A DNA stretch of 64,000 bases. It comes from Bigelowiella natans CCMP2755 (lineage: Eukaryota > Protista > Cercozoa). The DNA lies in assembly GCA_000320545.1 (NCBI GenBank), contig ADNK01001400.1, positions 89,815-153,814 of the forward strand. Direction: 5' to 3'. Shown one piece after another: positions 44,638 through 62,615 of this stretch. The first letter of the stretch is position 1, and every line of letters starts with the position of its first letter. The notes beneath the pieces are model-generated. The model saw nothing but the letters and a program-made list of their open reading frames with translations, did no database searches and was not told where the DNA came from. A program made the translations under genes and the position numbers.

Positions 44638-45660
44638 TTAGACTTCTTCTTCATCCTCTTCACTCTCAGCACCTTTATTATGTTCCTCAAATTTATCTTT
44701 GACCCACACATCGGGGGATCCTGATCGCTTTCCCTGACGATCTGTTTCATCACAAAGGCGAGCATGAAGATCTACACCAGTTTTCTATCTGAATGAATTC
44801 TGGGCAAACTAGTTAGGACGGAAGAATTAAGTTTACCCTTAGTTCTCCTGTAAGAATCGTAGTCACGGTCATCGTACTAAATGCACCAGACGAATACAAA
44901 TACATTTGTCAGATTCGCACTGGGAGTACAAATAAGTTGTGGGAGGGACAAGATCGCAGTCACTCTTTACCAGGTTGTTCCGTGGTGTAGCGTAAGCGAA
45001 GGTACGATCACGGGAATTAGGATCCCAACGTTGGAAACGGTCTTCGCTTCCCCGTCCTCTAGTGTTTCTGCTGTCCCTGTCATAGCGGCGGCGGTCTCCT
45101 CCCCACCTGCCGTCGCGATCCTGATTACCCCTTTCTCCGCGTTTTCCTCGGTCACGGAAGCGATCATTTCTATCTCCTCTGCGTTCACGATCTTCCCTTC
45201 GTCCGAATTTATTGTCGAAACGTTTGCGATCTCCGCGCTCATCGTTCCGGCCTCTCCTCATTCTTCCTCGGTCTCTGTCGTCGTTCCTCCTGCCGTAGTC
45301 TCGCCTATCACTTCTGTCACGGCTTCTCTCTCGTGACTTCCGGGAAGATTTCCCTTCCTTTTTACCACGTCGGTCATCGCTGTCTGAGGATTATAACCAT
45401 TGCACGCTCTTCATGGAATGGAAAAAAATGTCAAATAACTCTTCAGGTTTAGTGCGGAAACGCTCAAATTAGACTGCTATCTTCGCTTGCGCTTACCATC
45501 GGAATCAGAGGAAGAAGAAGACGAGTAGTCCTCTTCGTCGCGAGAGGGCTTCTCCTTGCTTTTTTCGTTCGCAGCGCTTAGTGGCATGGAGGAGGCTGCG
45601 GGCGGAGGTTGGATGGATATTCCGAGCAAGTTCCTTTCGCAGCAGTAAGATCCTCAACAT
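44638..45660 (-). CDS. Arg/Asp-rich low-complexity protein with possible Btz-like C-terminal motif; exon joins not fully resolved
   Basis: 130-aa RD/RG-rich ORF; last exon SGSPDVWVKDKFEE..EEEV*; basic N-terminus MLRILLLRKELARNIH. Confidence 0.5.
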
Positions 45661-45931
45661 GTTTTCGATGAGCCATTTTAACGAGAATCGATCCTACTTT
45701 GCACCTGCGATGTGGAATTATGAATTCAAACGGCCTCGAATAGGCCCCTGTTTCAAAAGTGCGAACGGGAAGAAAGAGCTGGAATTTTATAGAGTCGCAT
45801 GATGAAAACAGCCTGTATTCGCTATCGTCGCCTTCGGCACCGAATCCCTCCCTCTACAGATGCCCAATTTTCATGTCAGCGTTGGTGGGGGGTAATCGGG
45901 GCGGATCACTACTTGGAACGTATTTTCCTTC

Positions 45932-47074
45932 ATGCAGGCTTTAGTTGTTTCTGTTTTAGGAGTTGTACTACTTCTTGCAGCGGTGCCATTGACCGAGCGA
46001 TGCCCGAGAATTAGCCGATCTTTCCCCATTCAGTTGGCAAGTAGAGGTAGGGTCTCACCAGCAGGTGCCCGCGCAGTCAGCCACAGTGACGAAAGCGCAG
46101 ATTCAAACGAATGGGCCAAATGGGCGGAGAGGAGACGGCGGCGTGAAGAATGGCGCAACTCTGCACACGAGCGAATGAGGAACAAGTCCCTCCGCCAAAA
46201 GAGACGTAAACAGGAGAGTATTGCAGGTACGGTGGAAAGGATAGGGAAGAAAGCATGGCAGGAATCAAAGTATAGAAAGATGGAAGAGAAAATTCAGGCA
46301 CGGTCCAGGCTTCGAAGTGCAAATTTAAGCACTAGCCCAAGGATTGTAGTCGACCTTGACTATGCTAACTCCGAGGGGGAAACTCGAAGTCTTGCAAAGC
46401 AACTACGATGTGCGTACCATCACGTTCTCTACTCGGAAAGCCCACCAATTTTTGCGCTATCATCGTATAAGGATAACGTTGCGAAAGCGCTTGCAGCTCA
46501 TGGATCCGAAAATTGGGTGATGGAGAAATATGTGGAGGGGTTATTTGACGATGGTTCGTCGTGTGTGAATAAAGAGGACGTTATCTATCTAAGCCCCGAC
46601 GCAGAGAGTGTCTTAGAAAAGATTGAGGCGGGAAAGACATATGTTATAGCTGGAATAGTGGATAAGACTCTTCGAAACGGCCTCTCACTCTCCAAAGCTC
46701 AGAAACTTGGGGTTAAGGCCGTTTGTCTTCCCTTTAAAGATCTGTATCCGAACGGTGTGAAAAATCATGTATTGAATGTTGACACAGTCGTGAGACTTAT
46801 GATTGAATTCTTGAAGTATCAGGATTGGCTGAAATCCTTCGAAGAGGTAAGGAGGGATTGCATAAACAGAACAGGAGAAAAGATGATTCGATAAGCAGTA
46901 TTTTTGATGCTCGTAATTCAAATTAGTACACTCGATATTCACATTATCGTAATCGGTGCTGCTTGCTTAATCGAAGGCGTTTGGTAATTCCAATAGGTTT
47001 TACCAATGGGAAAGAAGCTACCTGTCCATTTGCGCCAGAAAAACGACAGTGACGCAATCGGTAGTTCAAGATGA
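45932..47074 (+). CDS. TRM10: tRNA m1G9 methyltransferase TRM10 family (SPOUT) with N-terminal signal peptide and transit-like leader
   Basis: PRIVVDLDY, RSLAKQLRCAY, IYLSPDAESVL, YVIAGIVDK, AVCLPF, VLNVDTVV, DWLKSFEE|VLP. Confidence 0.9.
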
Positions 47075-47674
47075 TCACAAAAGGCCGAACCCTTGCTGAG
47101 CTGTCAAGTGAGTGTTGAGGCAAGGCCTATTGATTATTATTATTGTTATTATTATTATTGTTATTATTATTATTACAGCATGTTATAGCTATGGTACGGT
47201 ATTGTGGCATTTTCGATCTTGCATCGCTGTCGCATATCTAGATGTTAGCATGTATTCACGTTGCCTTACTCGCTACTTTGTGCTGACGTTATAACGTAGC
47301 CAAGATGGCAAACCAAACGCATAGATAGGCGCGCAACGCTGCATGTTGTGAGCTCGTACATTATTTTATATGCTTCTACTTCACAGCAGCCAACTTTATT
47401 TATACGCAATACTCCGTAATCCTTCAGCGGAGGTGCGTGGTTACGTTAGCGAGCCAGGCATGCATGGAATATATAATCAAAAGAAGACGTGCAATTGAAG
47501 AGCAACAAACATAGCTTTGTGCAATGTGAAAACATGGTACAATGTAGTCTGCTGATCGCGTCCGCTCATGCAACTGTGGGGCGGAAGCAGCGCTGCTTAT
47601 TTCTGTTCTCACTCGTGTATATAGAGTCACAGCAGCATACAGTAGTGCGCAGCTCGTCGTCGTAGTTCGCATAT

Positions 47675-47735
47675 CATGCACAGCTACATAAGGATGACCA
47701 TTGAACAAATTTAAGTGATTAATTACATCCGTCTT
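47675..47735 (-). repeat. Dispersed element, copy 2 (partial, 3' of the elongase gene)
   Basis: Reverse complement reads AGACGGATGTAATTAATCACTTAAATTTGTTCAATGGTCATCCTTATGTAGCTGTGCA. Confidence 0.85.
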
Positions 47736-47902
47736 ACATCATGTCATTAAGCTGCCCGCTTCCAAAAACCAAGTCATGAAGATGTTCATGCCTCCAAGTA
47801 TGCTCATTAGATATCATTATCTGAAATTACATAGATTTCCCACGTGTCCCTGCATGTGCAATGCAACTGCATTATTGTCCATCTTGTTCTTCCAATTCCG
47901 TC

Positions 47903-50593
47903 TTAGTTCTCTTTCTTTTTGTCCTCCTTGATTCTCGTCAGCACTCCTAGAATCACGTGTGTATAATGTGTGCACATGACAGTAGCATAACATTAAAAAC
48001 ATTTCGCGTTGAACGTACCGAACATGAACTCACTAGCCGTATGATACATCGATCTCGATTTTCTTATGGCTACTACTGCTGCTACAACTTCTTTCACTAC
48101 TACCGAGGAATAAGAAGAGGAGACTGGCATTGAAGCCAAGATTAAAGAGCGTCTGACCAAACATAAACGCATCCAAACACGACAACTTAAAAACCCAAAT
48201 CACGTCGAAATGCTGCTTACACCTACGCAATTGCTTCTTATTTCGCAGACTTATGACGCGCACATTCACATGATTCAGGTAAAAAGAAACAACAGCATCG
48301 CCTTCAATTGTTATCGTCGTGGATATTCGAAATCTACCGCGTGATAGCCACTGCACTGCCTCTTATATCCGAAGACGAGCACAGCCCATGGAACGACACA
48401 CATCATGGAGAAGACGAACTAATGCACAAAAGCATGGATAAGAAGCATATTTCGCTGAAGATGATTTGTGAACAAATCCATCCTTCGCTCGACGCAATGA
48501 CAGTGTGGCCGTTCGCCCAAAAGAAATGCCGGACTATTACCTGGATGATTTGAATTCGAGTGATCCAGCTCTTCCACCATATTTCTTTTACGCCCTGAAA
48601 AGGTGTGATAAAAGTAACCAGGAAGTGTGAATAAGGAGTCAGCACGGTATTGTTGACGTATTATGGCGGTAATAGAGCAGTGGAGAAAGAAGCCGCCGTA
48701 GAATATCATCATCATTTTGTCCATCATCATCATCATCACCATCATTTTGTCCATCATCATCATCATCACCATCATCATCTCCATCATCAATGCGGACCCA
48801 AAAGAAAGCGTATCGAAAACGACTCTTAAACCTTACCCGGCTACGCAAGAAGTAGTAGTAATACATGATGACATGAACCTATGAAGATGTGGTAGCACAC
48901 ATGATGCAACCGAACAAAAGTAGGAGGAATTGTCATCAGCACGCATCCATTACCATCGTCACCGTCATCGCCATTTAATCATCATCGCTATATTATCATC
49001 ATCACCATTAGCACAATTATAATGAGCCTTACGAAGGTGTTGAAGAGCAAGCCGCCAAACTGGAGGCTCTGGTTTGTCGTTATCACACATAGCGTACGGA
49101 GGAGAAGCCAGCAGATCCATCATACATCAAAACCGCTCAGAATGCATTTTGGAGTCGAGCAACGTGTAAAGATGAGAAGGATAGAGCAAATCCTTCTACC
49201 ATCCCTCGCATAAAACAACGCAAAATTGTACCTGGCTATAAGCGAGCCAGAACCAGGTCATGAACATTACCACCTGAAATAGACGTTTTCAGTATTCTTG
49301 GAGATCGGGGGAGGTGATGATGAGGGAGGGGGTGAGGGATAGGATAGGGTTGTATAGATGGAGAACATCGGGAAAGATACAGATGATGTCAACACTGATG
49401 ATCAAACCCAAATGAGGTTCATGTTGCTGCTACTACTACTGTTATTTTTGGTGCTCCCCCTGCTTACCGAGTGGTGGTAGATGTGCATCTTGAATGATGG
49501 GGGCGGCTTCCTGTGTATAGTCGTGTTTATGAGAGAATAATGCCAACAGGGAAAAGTTTCGAATCTCTTCAGTTGCTTGATTCGAGCAAGGGTCATCATT
49601 TTCTGTGTGGCATATCATCATTATCTTGCTAGCGGCTCGCTTAATATGCATGCAGCGTATCTGTGAATCAACCACATACGCGTTTACCCCCGGAGGAGCG
49701 CAACGAAGGTGTCCAAGAGCTCGTAGTACTTGCTCAGGTAATAGATATATGACCAGAAGAAAAGAGGCCCTGTAATGGGGAAAAAGGAGGGGGGGAGAGG
49801 ATGAGCTGATGGTGAGAATTACCATATGTTTCATAGAAGGCAGATACACTTTTTTTCCATCATGATTCATAAGAGAACACGCAGCTACACGTATGTCGGC
49901 TTACCTTTAGCTTCTTGACCCACGTGCTCGCAAAAGTACCAGTATATCGACTTCTCCTCCAGCACCCGATCAATGAAGCATCTATATTAGAATTGAACGA
50001 CATGTTTGCGTCGTCACACACCATAAGGATATTCAGCTTTTCTGGGAGCAGAGCAGAGGGTGGTACTTGACAGTCACATTCAAGCGAGAATGCCGCTGCG
50101 CCGATTATCTTACTTACAACCAGCCACCCACAATGCTCATATTCATACGATTCACATATACACGCATTTGGTGTGATAGTGGTGGTCGCGGTGCAACAAA
50201 CTACTTTCCGCATCCAAGGAACATGATCAAAGACCAAACCTGGCGTAGGATTGTAGTAGAAAAGCACATGATGAAGAACAGTATTTTTAGTGAGTATTCG
50301 TAGTCGAGTAGGATCCTCGAAATCATTGGATTTTCATGTATATTACGCAAAGGATGAGGTTGTGAATAGACTGAATCAGGCTTAGGATCCCTCCTCCCTG
50401 TCCCTGGTCTGCGGCGCTTTGAGACGGCTGCTGAAGTTAGACCATCGTTGGCTTCAAATGCTGGGAATAACTCCCAAACGATAACATTTGTGTAAAGAAT
50501 GAAAATGGGGTAAGAACACATAGCTCCAATACCTTCTTCCGGTCCAAAAATACCTTCCAAGATACGACAATAACGAGATAGGCCTGATCATAC

Positions 50594-50631
<38 letters not shown>

Positions 50632-50942
50632 TAATACGCTTAAAGCAGCAGGTAAGTTTGAAGTAGATTATTATAGTGTACGCTACCGTGGCTGTGGCTA
50701 GGACATACTCAATCCTGTTTAACCTAGAAATACGGCACACAAGCTATCAAGTTATGGGTATAGTAAATATCCGCCCTTGTCCTCCACCACTACTTCACCG
50801 AAACCCTATTCTCTTTACAGGTCCATAGAATATATCCCCCCTATTATAATGTGAAAGCTGCATATGCATACGGGGCTTTTTCGAAGTCGAACTCAGAGGC
50901 GATGCGTCCCAGGGACTCCATGTCGAGTTCCGGAAACGCCAT
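47903..50942 (-). CDS. GNS1/SUR4 (ELO) fatty acid elongase (spliced)
   Basis: LFFWSYIYYLSKYYELLDT, HIYHHS, FNTF..VIMYYYY, WWKSWITRIQIIQ; C-terminal dilysine KKKEN*. Confidence 0.9.
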
Positions 50943-51160
50943 GGTTGTACGGCTCCGGAGCACTGGTATTGGTAAAAATCTTAAACCAAATATATCGGCA
51001 AGTATATGAATATTTTCCCGTATCAAAGTGGTATCTATGTCTCGAAATCGTAAACTAAATTCGAGATGTTTTATGTTATATGTAGTTTTAATAATAATCT
51101 AATATCCACAACAGTACTGGCAACAATAGCAGAAACTTCGACAGGACGGAACCTACGACG

Positions 51161-54762
<3,602 letters not shown>

Positions 54763-54862
54763 TGTTATATGCTTAAAAGCCCAACATCGCGCGCAATGGT
54801 GTACGTGTGTAGCATTAGGGTTAGTAGCCTTGGACAAATAACCGACCAGCGAAACAGATGTG

Positions 54863-54947
54863 TGAGACGGATGTAATGAAGTGATTGAATCTTTTCAATG
54901 GTCATCCTAATGTAGCTGTGCAAAGCAGCGGCTACAGCGCTCATGTT
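54863..54947 (+). repeat. Dispersed element, copy 3 (3' of glutaredoxin)
   Basis: TGAGACGGATGTAATGAAGTGATTGAATCTTTTCAATGGTCATCCTAATGTAGCTGTGCAAAGCAGCGGCTACAGCGCTCA. Confidence 0.9.
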
Positions 54948-56064
54948 AGATGTGTTGGGCACGACAACACGCATGCGCCCAATCTAGCAATGCATTGCAT
55001 GCAACGCATGGAGGCTTTGTGTATGCCGACCAAAATCAGATCATCAACGCGCGTTCGCACTAGCGCAGGCGTGCAACACAGCACTAGATGCCATGCTAGC
55101 ATGCTAGCATGCCGCGCAGGCCCCAGGAAGGCACTGTAGGGCTCGACTAGTCGATCATATGCACAGGAGGTAGACAGGTGGTCGCACGCTACTTGTTGTG
55201 TTGACTACGTATACGGCCATATGCAATGGGGCATGCTAGCATGGCATGCAATGCTGTCGTGCATATGGCCTGTGCATGCAGGCGTCGCTCTACGCCACAG
55301 CGATGACGGGCGCTCGATGCATCGTTTGCGCCCGCGCTTTAACGCGACACGTAGCATGTTGCCTCGACTCGTGTCATTCGATCAGTGAGGCGGCATCAAT
55401 CAGAATGCTCATGCTTTCATTGAGTCATGTGTGCCGGAGATCTTGCAGGGCAACAGCAATAATTACAGCCTGTCTGCTAGCTCGCGCTGTTAGTGCTGGT
55501 GATTGCTATATAGACTGCGGGCCGCGTCGCGATCGAAGGCAACGTTGGCGCAGAGCATTGTTCGTATTTAGTCAACCACTCGCTCCCTTACAGCTCATTG
55601 CCTACCTACCTACCGCGCAAGCACCTCTAGCTACATAGCGTATGTTTGCTCGCGGGACGACAAGCGTGAACTACACTTATTCTAGAATTGGTAGCTGGGA
55701 GAAAGAAGGATATTGAGTTCCGCGTACTGGTTTCTGACGGCGTTTTCCATACATATGCATACATGGATAAGTTCTTCAATCAATTACATTAAGCTGCGGA
55801 TGTACATCCATTAAGCTAGTAGTATGCTGGTTGGGAAAGGAGAATAAACTAGGATTTTGACGGCTGGAAAGGTACTCGCATATTTCGCCATTTAGCCGTC
55901 GTTCGTATTCCACAAGGTCACTATACCCGTGTCGTGTAGGTTTTCCCACCGAGCTATAGTAGAAGTAACAGTAGAAGTAATTCTACAGCTACACTTCAGA
56001 GCAAGTTTGACAATGCATTAAAGATTTCCTTCAACACCATTGGCCATACTGACATATGCAGACC

Positions 56065-56381
56065 TTACAGGTCTTTCATGTAGTGTTTCCAGTCTGATGC
56101 GACCTCGTCCTCTTCCATCGAAACGGTGTTCAAAACATTTTTCTGCTTCTCAACTTCCTTCACCGCACTCAATGCATCTTTCAACGTGTCTTCCATAGGA
56201 TCCTTTTCTTTGCCAAAAATTTGTTTGAGATCCATGTGGATAGCGTTCATCTGAATAGGCTCCAACGCACCCTTGAGATCATCTTGACTGAGACATCATA
56301 TGGCAGCGGTGTAAAGATATATTAGAACATTAACACTTCCGTCCACAACATCCACAATATGTTAAAGATATATTTCATTTG

Positions 56382-56426
<45 letters not shown>

Positions 56427-56741
56427 AAAAAGCAACAGAAAAGGCCACTACTTACAAATGCATGTACTTCGCAAAATGAACCCATATATTTCTCTCTTCT
56501 GATCCGTCTATTACCTCCATACATACGCGAATTTTGGAACACCATTCTCATCCTTTGCCCTAGAAAACGTAAGTTCCTTTTGCGCGGACCCGCTCTCAAT
56601 TTCTGGCATGAATGCGGCACTTCCCCTCATTTTTGTTTGATTGGATTTTAATGACAAAAGAACGCGAGGATCACTGTTGCTGGTGGTGGAATCAGCGAAG
56701 GCGGAAGCCATCGCCAGGAGCGGGAGCACTGCTCGAAGCAT
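56065..56741 (-). CDS. Small secretory-pathway protein of unknown function (spliced)
   Basis: Signal peptide MLRAVLPLLAMASAFA; later exons end ..DWKHYMKDL*. Confidence 0.6.
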
Positions 56742-58396
56742 CTTTGCAATCTGAGTCAGTATATTTTATTCGAAATGATTCAGAATTTGAACCGGATTTG
56801 ACCAATGATGATGACATACAAAAATCAAAATCATGTTCTTGTCACCTACAATTTGAATTTTGGCATACTTGAGCCAAGAATACCTTAGTCAGTTTCGGCT
56901 CAGGATTCGGTCAAACCACCGTGCAGATTGGAAAATTTAAAATTTGGACCAAACCCGACTTTTAAAATATTATGCAAAAAGAATAATTCGATCGTCATTG
57001 TCGTTGAAGGCAAATGTACTGGCATTTATGAAAACTGCTTTTCTTTGACGTTTGATCGAATTTTGTTAAGTAACGATGTGAGCCGTTGAAACTATGTCCT
57101 GCGTTTCAAGATTACTCGTTTCTCAGCAAATCAGTCAGAGCCCAGTATCGGCGCTTTGCATCTCGGCATAAATAACAACCTGTGGAAGGCCACCGCATGA
57201 AGAAAATTTATGAATTTCCTTCCTTTAACAACGAAAGACAATCTAAATATTGATCAAATGGACTCTTTGGTGATTTCCCAAATCGAGGTTTTCCGAAAGA
57301 TCTGACTGGAAAGCTCTTTATTTGGTACGATCTTCACGGACGAGTTGCATGACGCAAAAGAAAATCTTGGTGCTCCGACGCTGGATTTTACTTAACATCG
57401 GTGTTTCCAACTTTACCAAACTTTCCCGATTTTCAAGAGATTTCGATATAGCCAAAAGGAAATGACATCTATTGTGTCCGTAAAGGGATCAAAAATCCAT
57501 AAGTTTGAACCCTAATTACTGCTTCTTACAACAAAATTATGTCTTTCGGGGCACCAGAATGCTGCATCCTATGCTGAAAGCTATGATTATAACCATGTGC
57601 TGGGAAACAAGATGAAAGAGAATTAAGTTGGTTGAAGAGAGAAACATGTAATGACAACAATTTCACGGAATCCTTCAATATTGGCAAATAATTTCCTTTG
57701 TTTTGTGTTTTTCTCCGAATTAATTTTTGTTTTCGTAGGCTGTATTCTGATTTTTATTGCGTAAACAATGAGCTATATTTTTATTTCGACACACCGCCTA
57801 ATTATAAAATTTGGACAAAATCGTACTGTCAAGCAGAATCAGAGAGAACACAATGTCTATCACAAATTCTAGAAAAAATTCTTGTTTAGAGAGAAATCTA
57901 TGATTTAGGCTTTTATTTAAGGAAATTGTTGAACTAATTTACTAAAATCAAACATTTTACAAGGCATTCCTTATTTTCTGGTTTTTGAGTGAATAAAGTT
58001 GCAAGAGATTTCTTTCATGACCCAAAACAAGATATTTTCAATAAATAATCCTGTTACGACATAATAAATTCCCTCTATTCAAAGAAAAAAAGAGGGAAAT
58101 TTTCGAAACAATTTGCGCATTCTCGTGAGTTGGAGTTTCAATAAGTCTTTTCAGTCCTAGTTTGGACGGAAAACTACGGGCTGAATAGAGATCGTGAAGA
58201 GAGAGAAAGAGTGAGGAGGAGAAATAAATGATGAATTTGCTACTAAAAGAGAGCATAGCGTTGATATACAAAGAGAGCATGAGAGTGCGCAAGAGAGATA
58301 TAAAAAGAGAGAGACCGTGAAGAGAGATCGAAGAAAGTTTTGAGAGAAGGCATTTGGCCTCTATACACCAGGGCATCGCAGAGGGGGGGGAGCGGA

Positions 58397-60790
58397 ATGA
58401 ATCAGCTCAAGTTCAACGCTTCCCGCGTGCCCAGTGCTGACCCTGCTCCGGGAAAATCGAAAAGGTTCACCCTCGCTCCTTCCCCGTCTCCCTCTCCTTC
58501 TACATCTCTCACTGTGAAGTAGTGAGCATGGGATCATTGAACCATTGAACTTGGTAGGGTCTCGGGCCAACGGAGTATGAGCAAGAAAACGAAGAAATCG
58601 AGCCCCAAGCAACTGAAGGTGGTTAAAATTTTCCATCGAAACATTCTACGTAATTTGTATCTGAGGCGCGTCTGTGCTAATTCCAGGTTGCGAAGAAGAA
58701 TGTAGGTTCTATGAAGGGCGATCACCATTTCAAAATCCATGCTCGGATTGAGATGTAAGCGATAACCCAACCTGTCTTGTGAAAGTGAAGTTTACATTTT
58801 ATCCCCTCACTCCTCATCCATAAAAAAATGGCGCTTAAGTCAACGATTTTTTGAAGTCACTAATTTGATTCCCTTGCCTCCTCCTTGTGCGCATGACTGA
58901 CTTCTCTTTGTCTTTCCTAAGATTAATTATATTTCATCCCTAAAATAGTGAGCGAAGCAGCCCCACATTCCGTGCGCAGACCACTCCGGTAGTACTTGAG
59001 CGAAAGCCCCCGGCATCCAAATTAAAGCACAGCTATTCCAGCAGGATGTAAGTCAATAATGAAGCCTTTCTTTTCGAATAGTTGTTGAAATATTAATGTC
59101 TGTATCTCTGACTCGTGCCTCTCCCTCATCGTTCTTCAGAGCTGGAAGGAGTAGCCGCCACTCTGTGCGAAGCCAGCTTTCAAGCAGCGACACGGACTAC
59201 ACCGATTACACAACACCGACCATGACGGAAGTCTTCGGCACCGCGCCTCAAGCTGGACGGGGCTCAACGTAAGATCCAACCTCCTAGCTCAATTTTCATG
59301 AAGAAAATATCTCTGATGATTTCGATCTGGCTGCCCTTTTTTGCCCTCTTCCGTGAAAACCAGGCACAAGATCCTAGTTAGGAGGAAAACGTCATCGAAG
59401 AAGAAAGGCTCCTCCAGTAAATCGAAGAGCAGTGTCAAATTTTTATCAAAGATGAGCTCGCGATATTCCTCAATGAGAGGGGGCTCCTCCTCCCAGAGGA
59501 AGTTTTTGCGTGTGAACAAGTCCCGCTCCATGGTTGGCTCTGCGCGTAGTTCTACGTCTGGGGCGTCTGGGGCGTCTGGCTCAGTCAACATCAAAATCAA
59601 CCGCCTTCGCCTGCCGCAGCGCTGCGACTACCCCACAATCCCCGAGAACGCAACTGCGTATAGCATAGACTGCAAGGCTGCCTCGACGAGGTCTTCGGTG
59701 GACAGCAGCACCCTTGAGATTGTGCAGAAGCGAACCACATGGAGCCAGACGGAGTTTGAGGACGACGCTTACGGGCCGCTGCACGAATCCTTGCCTCCTT
59801 TCATTCAGCGCCTCCGCGAGAAGAGGGTGGCCGCAGCAGCTGCCAAGGGGCACCGGTGTAGCACGAAGATATCCACGAGCTCGCGCTCGACGCAGACGCG
59901 GCCCTACTCCTCCAAGAAAAGCGGCGACGATGCCCAGCAGATGTCCTCCTCGCAGTACGTCATCCGTAAGCTGATGAAGCAGCAGGAGGAGATGCTGCAC
60001 GCTATAGAGCTTCTTAAGAAGGACAAACAGCACATTCATCGACGCAGCTCCAAAAGCGCCACTGCCGTCTGCAGCTTGAACCTCGAAATCGCTGCGGACG
60101 ACCGCCATTGCGATTCCCCTGACATGGACGTGTACTCGGAATTCAACTCGCCCCGCTCGCGCCTGGAGGATGTAGAGCTGAAGTTTCCCGGCCGCCGCCG
60201 CTTCAATACAGAACCCCGTCGCACCCTCTCGGGCCGCCACGTGATCCCCGGCCAGGAAGACGATTCTTCCGGTGAGTCGGACGGGGGGGGGGAGATACAC
60301 ACCCTCGGATCGTCTCCGAAGCAAAAGCGTTTCTCCAACATCCCGCCGCTCAACCTCGCTAAGACCAAGATCTCGTCGGTGCTGACGCCGAGGAGCTACG
60401 GCTCGGAAACACTCTCGACTCGGAGCTCTCCGGATAGGTCGGTCGTCATCGCCTACATCATAATCTAGAATAATAATAATATCAATAATAATAATGATCA
60501 TCATCACCATCATCATCATGAACTTCCTTTGGAGAAAAGTGCCAACCGGCCAGTTGAGGAGTACAAAAAGCGAGGGAGAGTGCAACATAGTGGTATAACA
60601 CTAACAACAAGCAATCACATGATTGTTGTTTTCTTCTTCTTCAATCAGGTCCCGTAAGTGCAGCATGAGGCTGTCGAGCACCGGTGCTTTCAATCCACCG
60701 CTCTCCAATCGCTCGGTGCAAAGCATCAGCTCTTCTCGTTCCCTGCTGTCGCTCTCCTCCTCCTTAGGGTATACTACATCAACGACACGA

Positions 60791-60833
<43 letters not shown>

Positions 60834-61513
60834 GAGAAAATCACAGAGACAACAACGACAACAACAATACAGCGACTCGCTCACAAGCGACAATGTCCTG
60901 GGCAGAAATCAGCAGCTTTGACAAAAATAGCTCCACTCACAATCATACATGATATATGCATAGGTTATTGCATCACTCTGTGCGCGTGTGCAATGTGCCT
61001 GTGCAATGTGCGTGCGCTCGCGTCAACGTTGACGATGTTCGCCGATGGCCCATTATTAATGTCATTAATTATCACTACCTGATCAGGGCCGTTTTGGACG
61101 ACAACACAACCAAGGATAATGTATCTTTTGCATCCGTGTCAGCAGAACGATCGGAAACATCCGCTGTAGAGCCCCCCCAGCCTCGTGAAGATCCTTAATA
61201 AGAGGAGGGGGGGGGGGGGGATGGATGGGGCAGATAAGAGAAAACAAGAGAAAAAACTGCTGCAGCAGCAGTGATATTAGCTAGAAAATTGTAACTAATA
61301 ACTAAGCTAAGAGAAGTCTCTGTCTGCTACCCTTTGCGGCCGACCGCCGCTCGGTCAACGACGAAGAAGAAATAGTAAAAATGATGATGATGATGAGGAT
61401 ACTGCAACAAAAGAGGGATATGATGGTGTACACAATTGTACAAAAAAAGAAGTCAACCGCGAAAGAAGCTCGAAGAAGAGCTCAGCAACGTGCACTAGTG
61501 GCGATCGGTCGTA
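58397..61513 (+). CDS. Ser/Arg-rich low-complexity protein, unknown function (spliced, ends uncertain)
   Basis: 375-aa GC3-rich ORF 59341-60468 plus flanking exons with GT-AG boundaries; no domain recognised. Confidence 0.5.
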
Positions 61514-61627
61514 AATCAACGACGAGATAAGAAGAGTAGAGGCACCAGCCCTAGGTCCTGCTGCCCCTTCTCTTCTTTATACTGAATCAATAAAATACAA
61601 CTCCCACCCAGCTGTAGTAGTATCACA

Positions 61628-61659
<32 letters not shown>

Positions 61660-61858
61660 ATAATAGCAACGATAATATGCACAAACGGTTCTTCTCCCCC
61701 TCCTCTCCTTCAGGAAGGGGGGGGGGTGGGGGAAGAGATTTTGTGAAAGAGAATCATTGTAAAACGGGAACCGTAATATCCCAAAAAATTGATGTATGAT
61801 TTTGGATTTTTTATAAATGTTTTTGTACATGAAGAAGAGATGACAGTTTCTCGAATCA

Positions 61859-61921
<63 letters not shown>

Positions 61922-62615
61922 TATGTGTGTTTCATATTTATATTTAATATAGTGGAACAACATATGATATTCTGTATTTCGGAAGAGAGAAAAATAAACA
62001 GCATTCTCTTTCGTTGGATCTAGTCCAAGGGACTCCAGCACAATTATGTGCGACCAACTAGTTGACTCGCAGTAGTATTTTGAATGCGCTGAAGTCAAAA
62101 TTTTGGCGTCCGAACATTTTTTTTAAAAAAAAAAGACGTGCAATGTGTCTCTGCACTGCACTGCGCCATAGACCACGAATAAGTGGTTGCGTTGTGGGGA
62201 GAATGACCGATATATCAGGCAATTCAACCACGTTTTCTGAATGGCCGAAGAACATACCTAGCTAGCTAGATACCCGCATCGACCATGATGCGTTCTGCAT
62301 GGCCCAGAAAACCGAACGTTCCTTGAGCATCGTTATCCCCGCGTTTGTTGAGTAGCTCACAACAGTAGTGAATATTATGTTTCCCGCTGTGAAACGCACA
62401 TCTAGACATGCTGTGCTGTCGATCGTCGATGCCATGTGCGAAAACACTCAATCGCACCAAACAGCCAATGACAATGCAAAGTGACCTCGCTAGCTCGCGT
62501 CGTATCATGCACAATTTGCTGCTACGCACTAGCGCAATCTAGCAATTGCTATAGCTATGCTAGTATATGTGCTCTAAATGCTGTACTAGTTCCTAATGAT
62601 ACGCAATTGTCGTAA

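Noticed and set aside
48706-48790. CATCATCATTTTGTC repeats
   Set aside because: Ordinary intronic (CAT)n slippage duplication.
56900-58300. Hidden gene or pseudogene in an AT-rich spacer
   Set aside because: No sustained ORF or recognisable motif; treated as a divergent promoter region.
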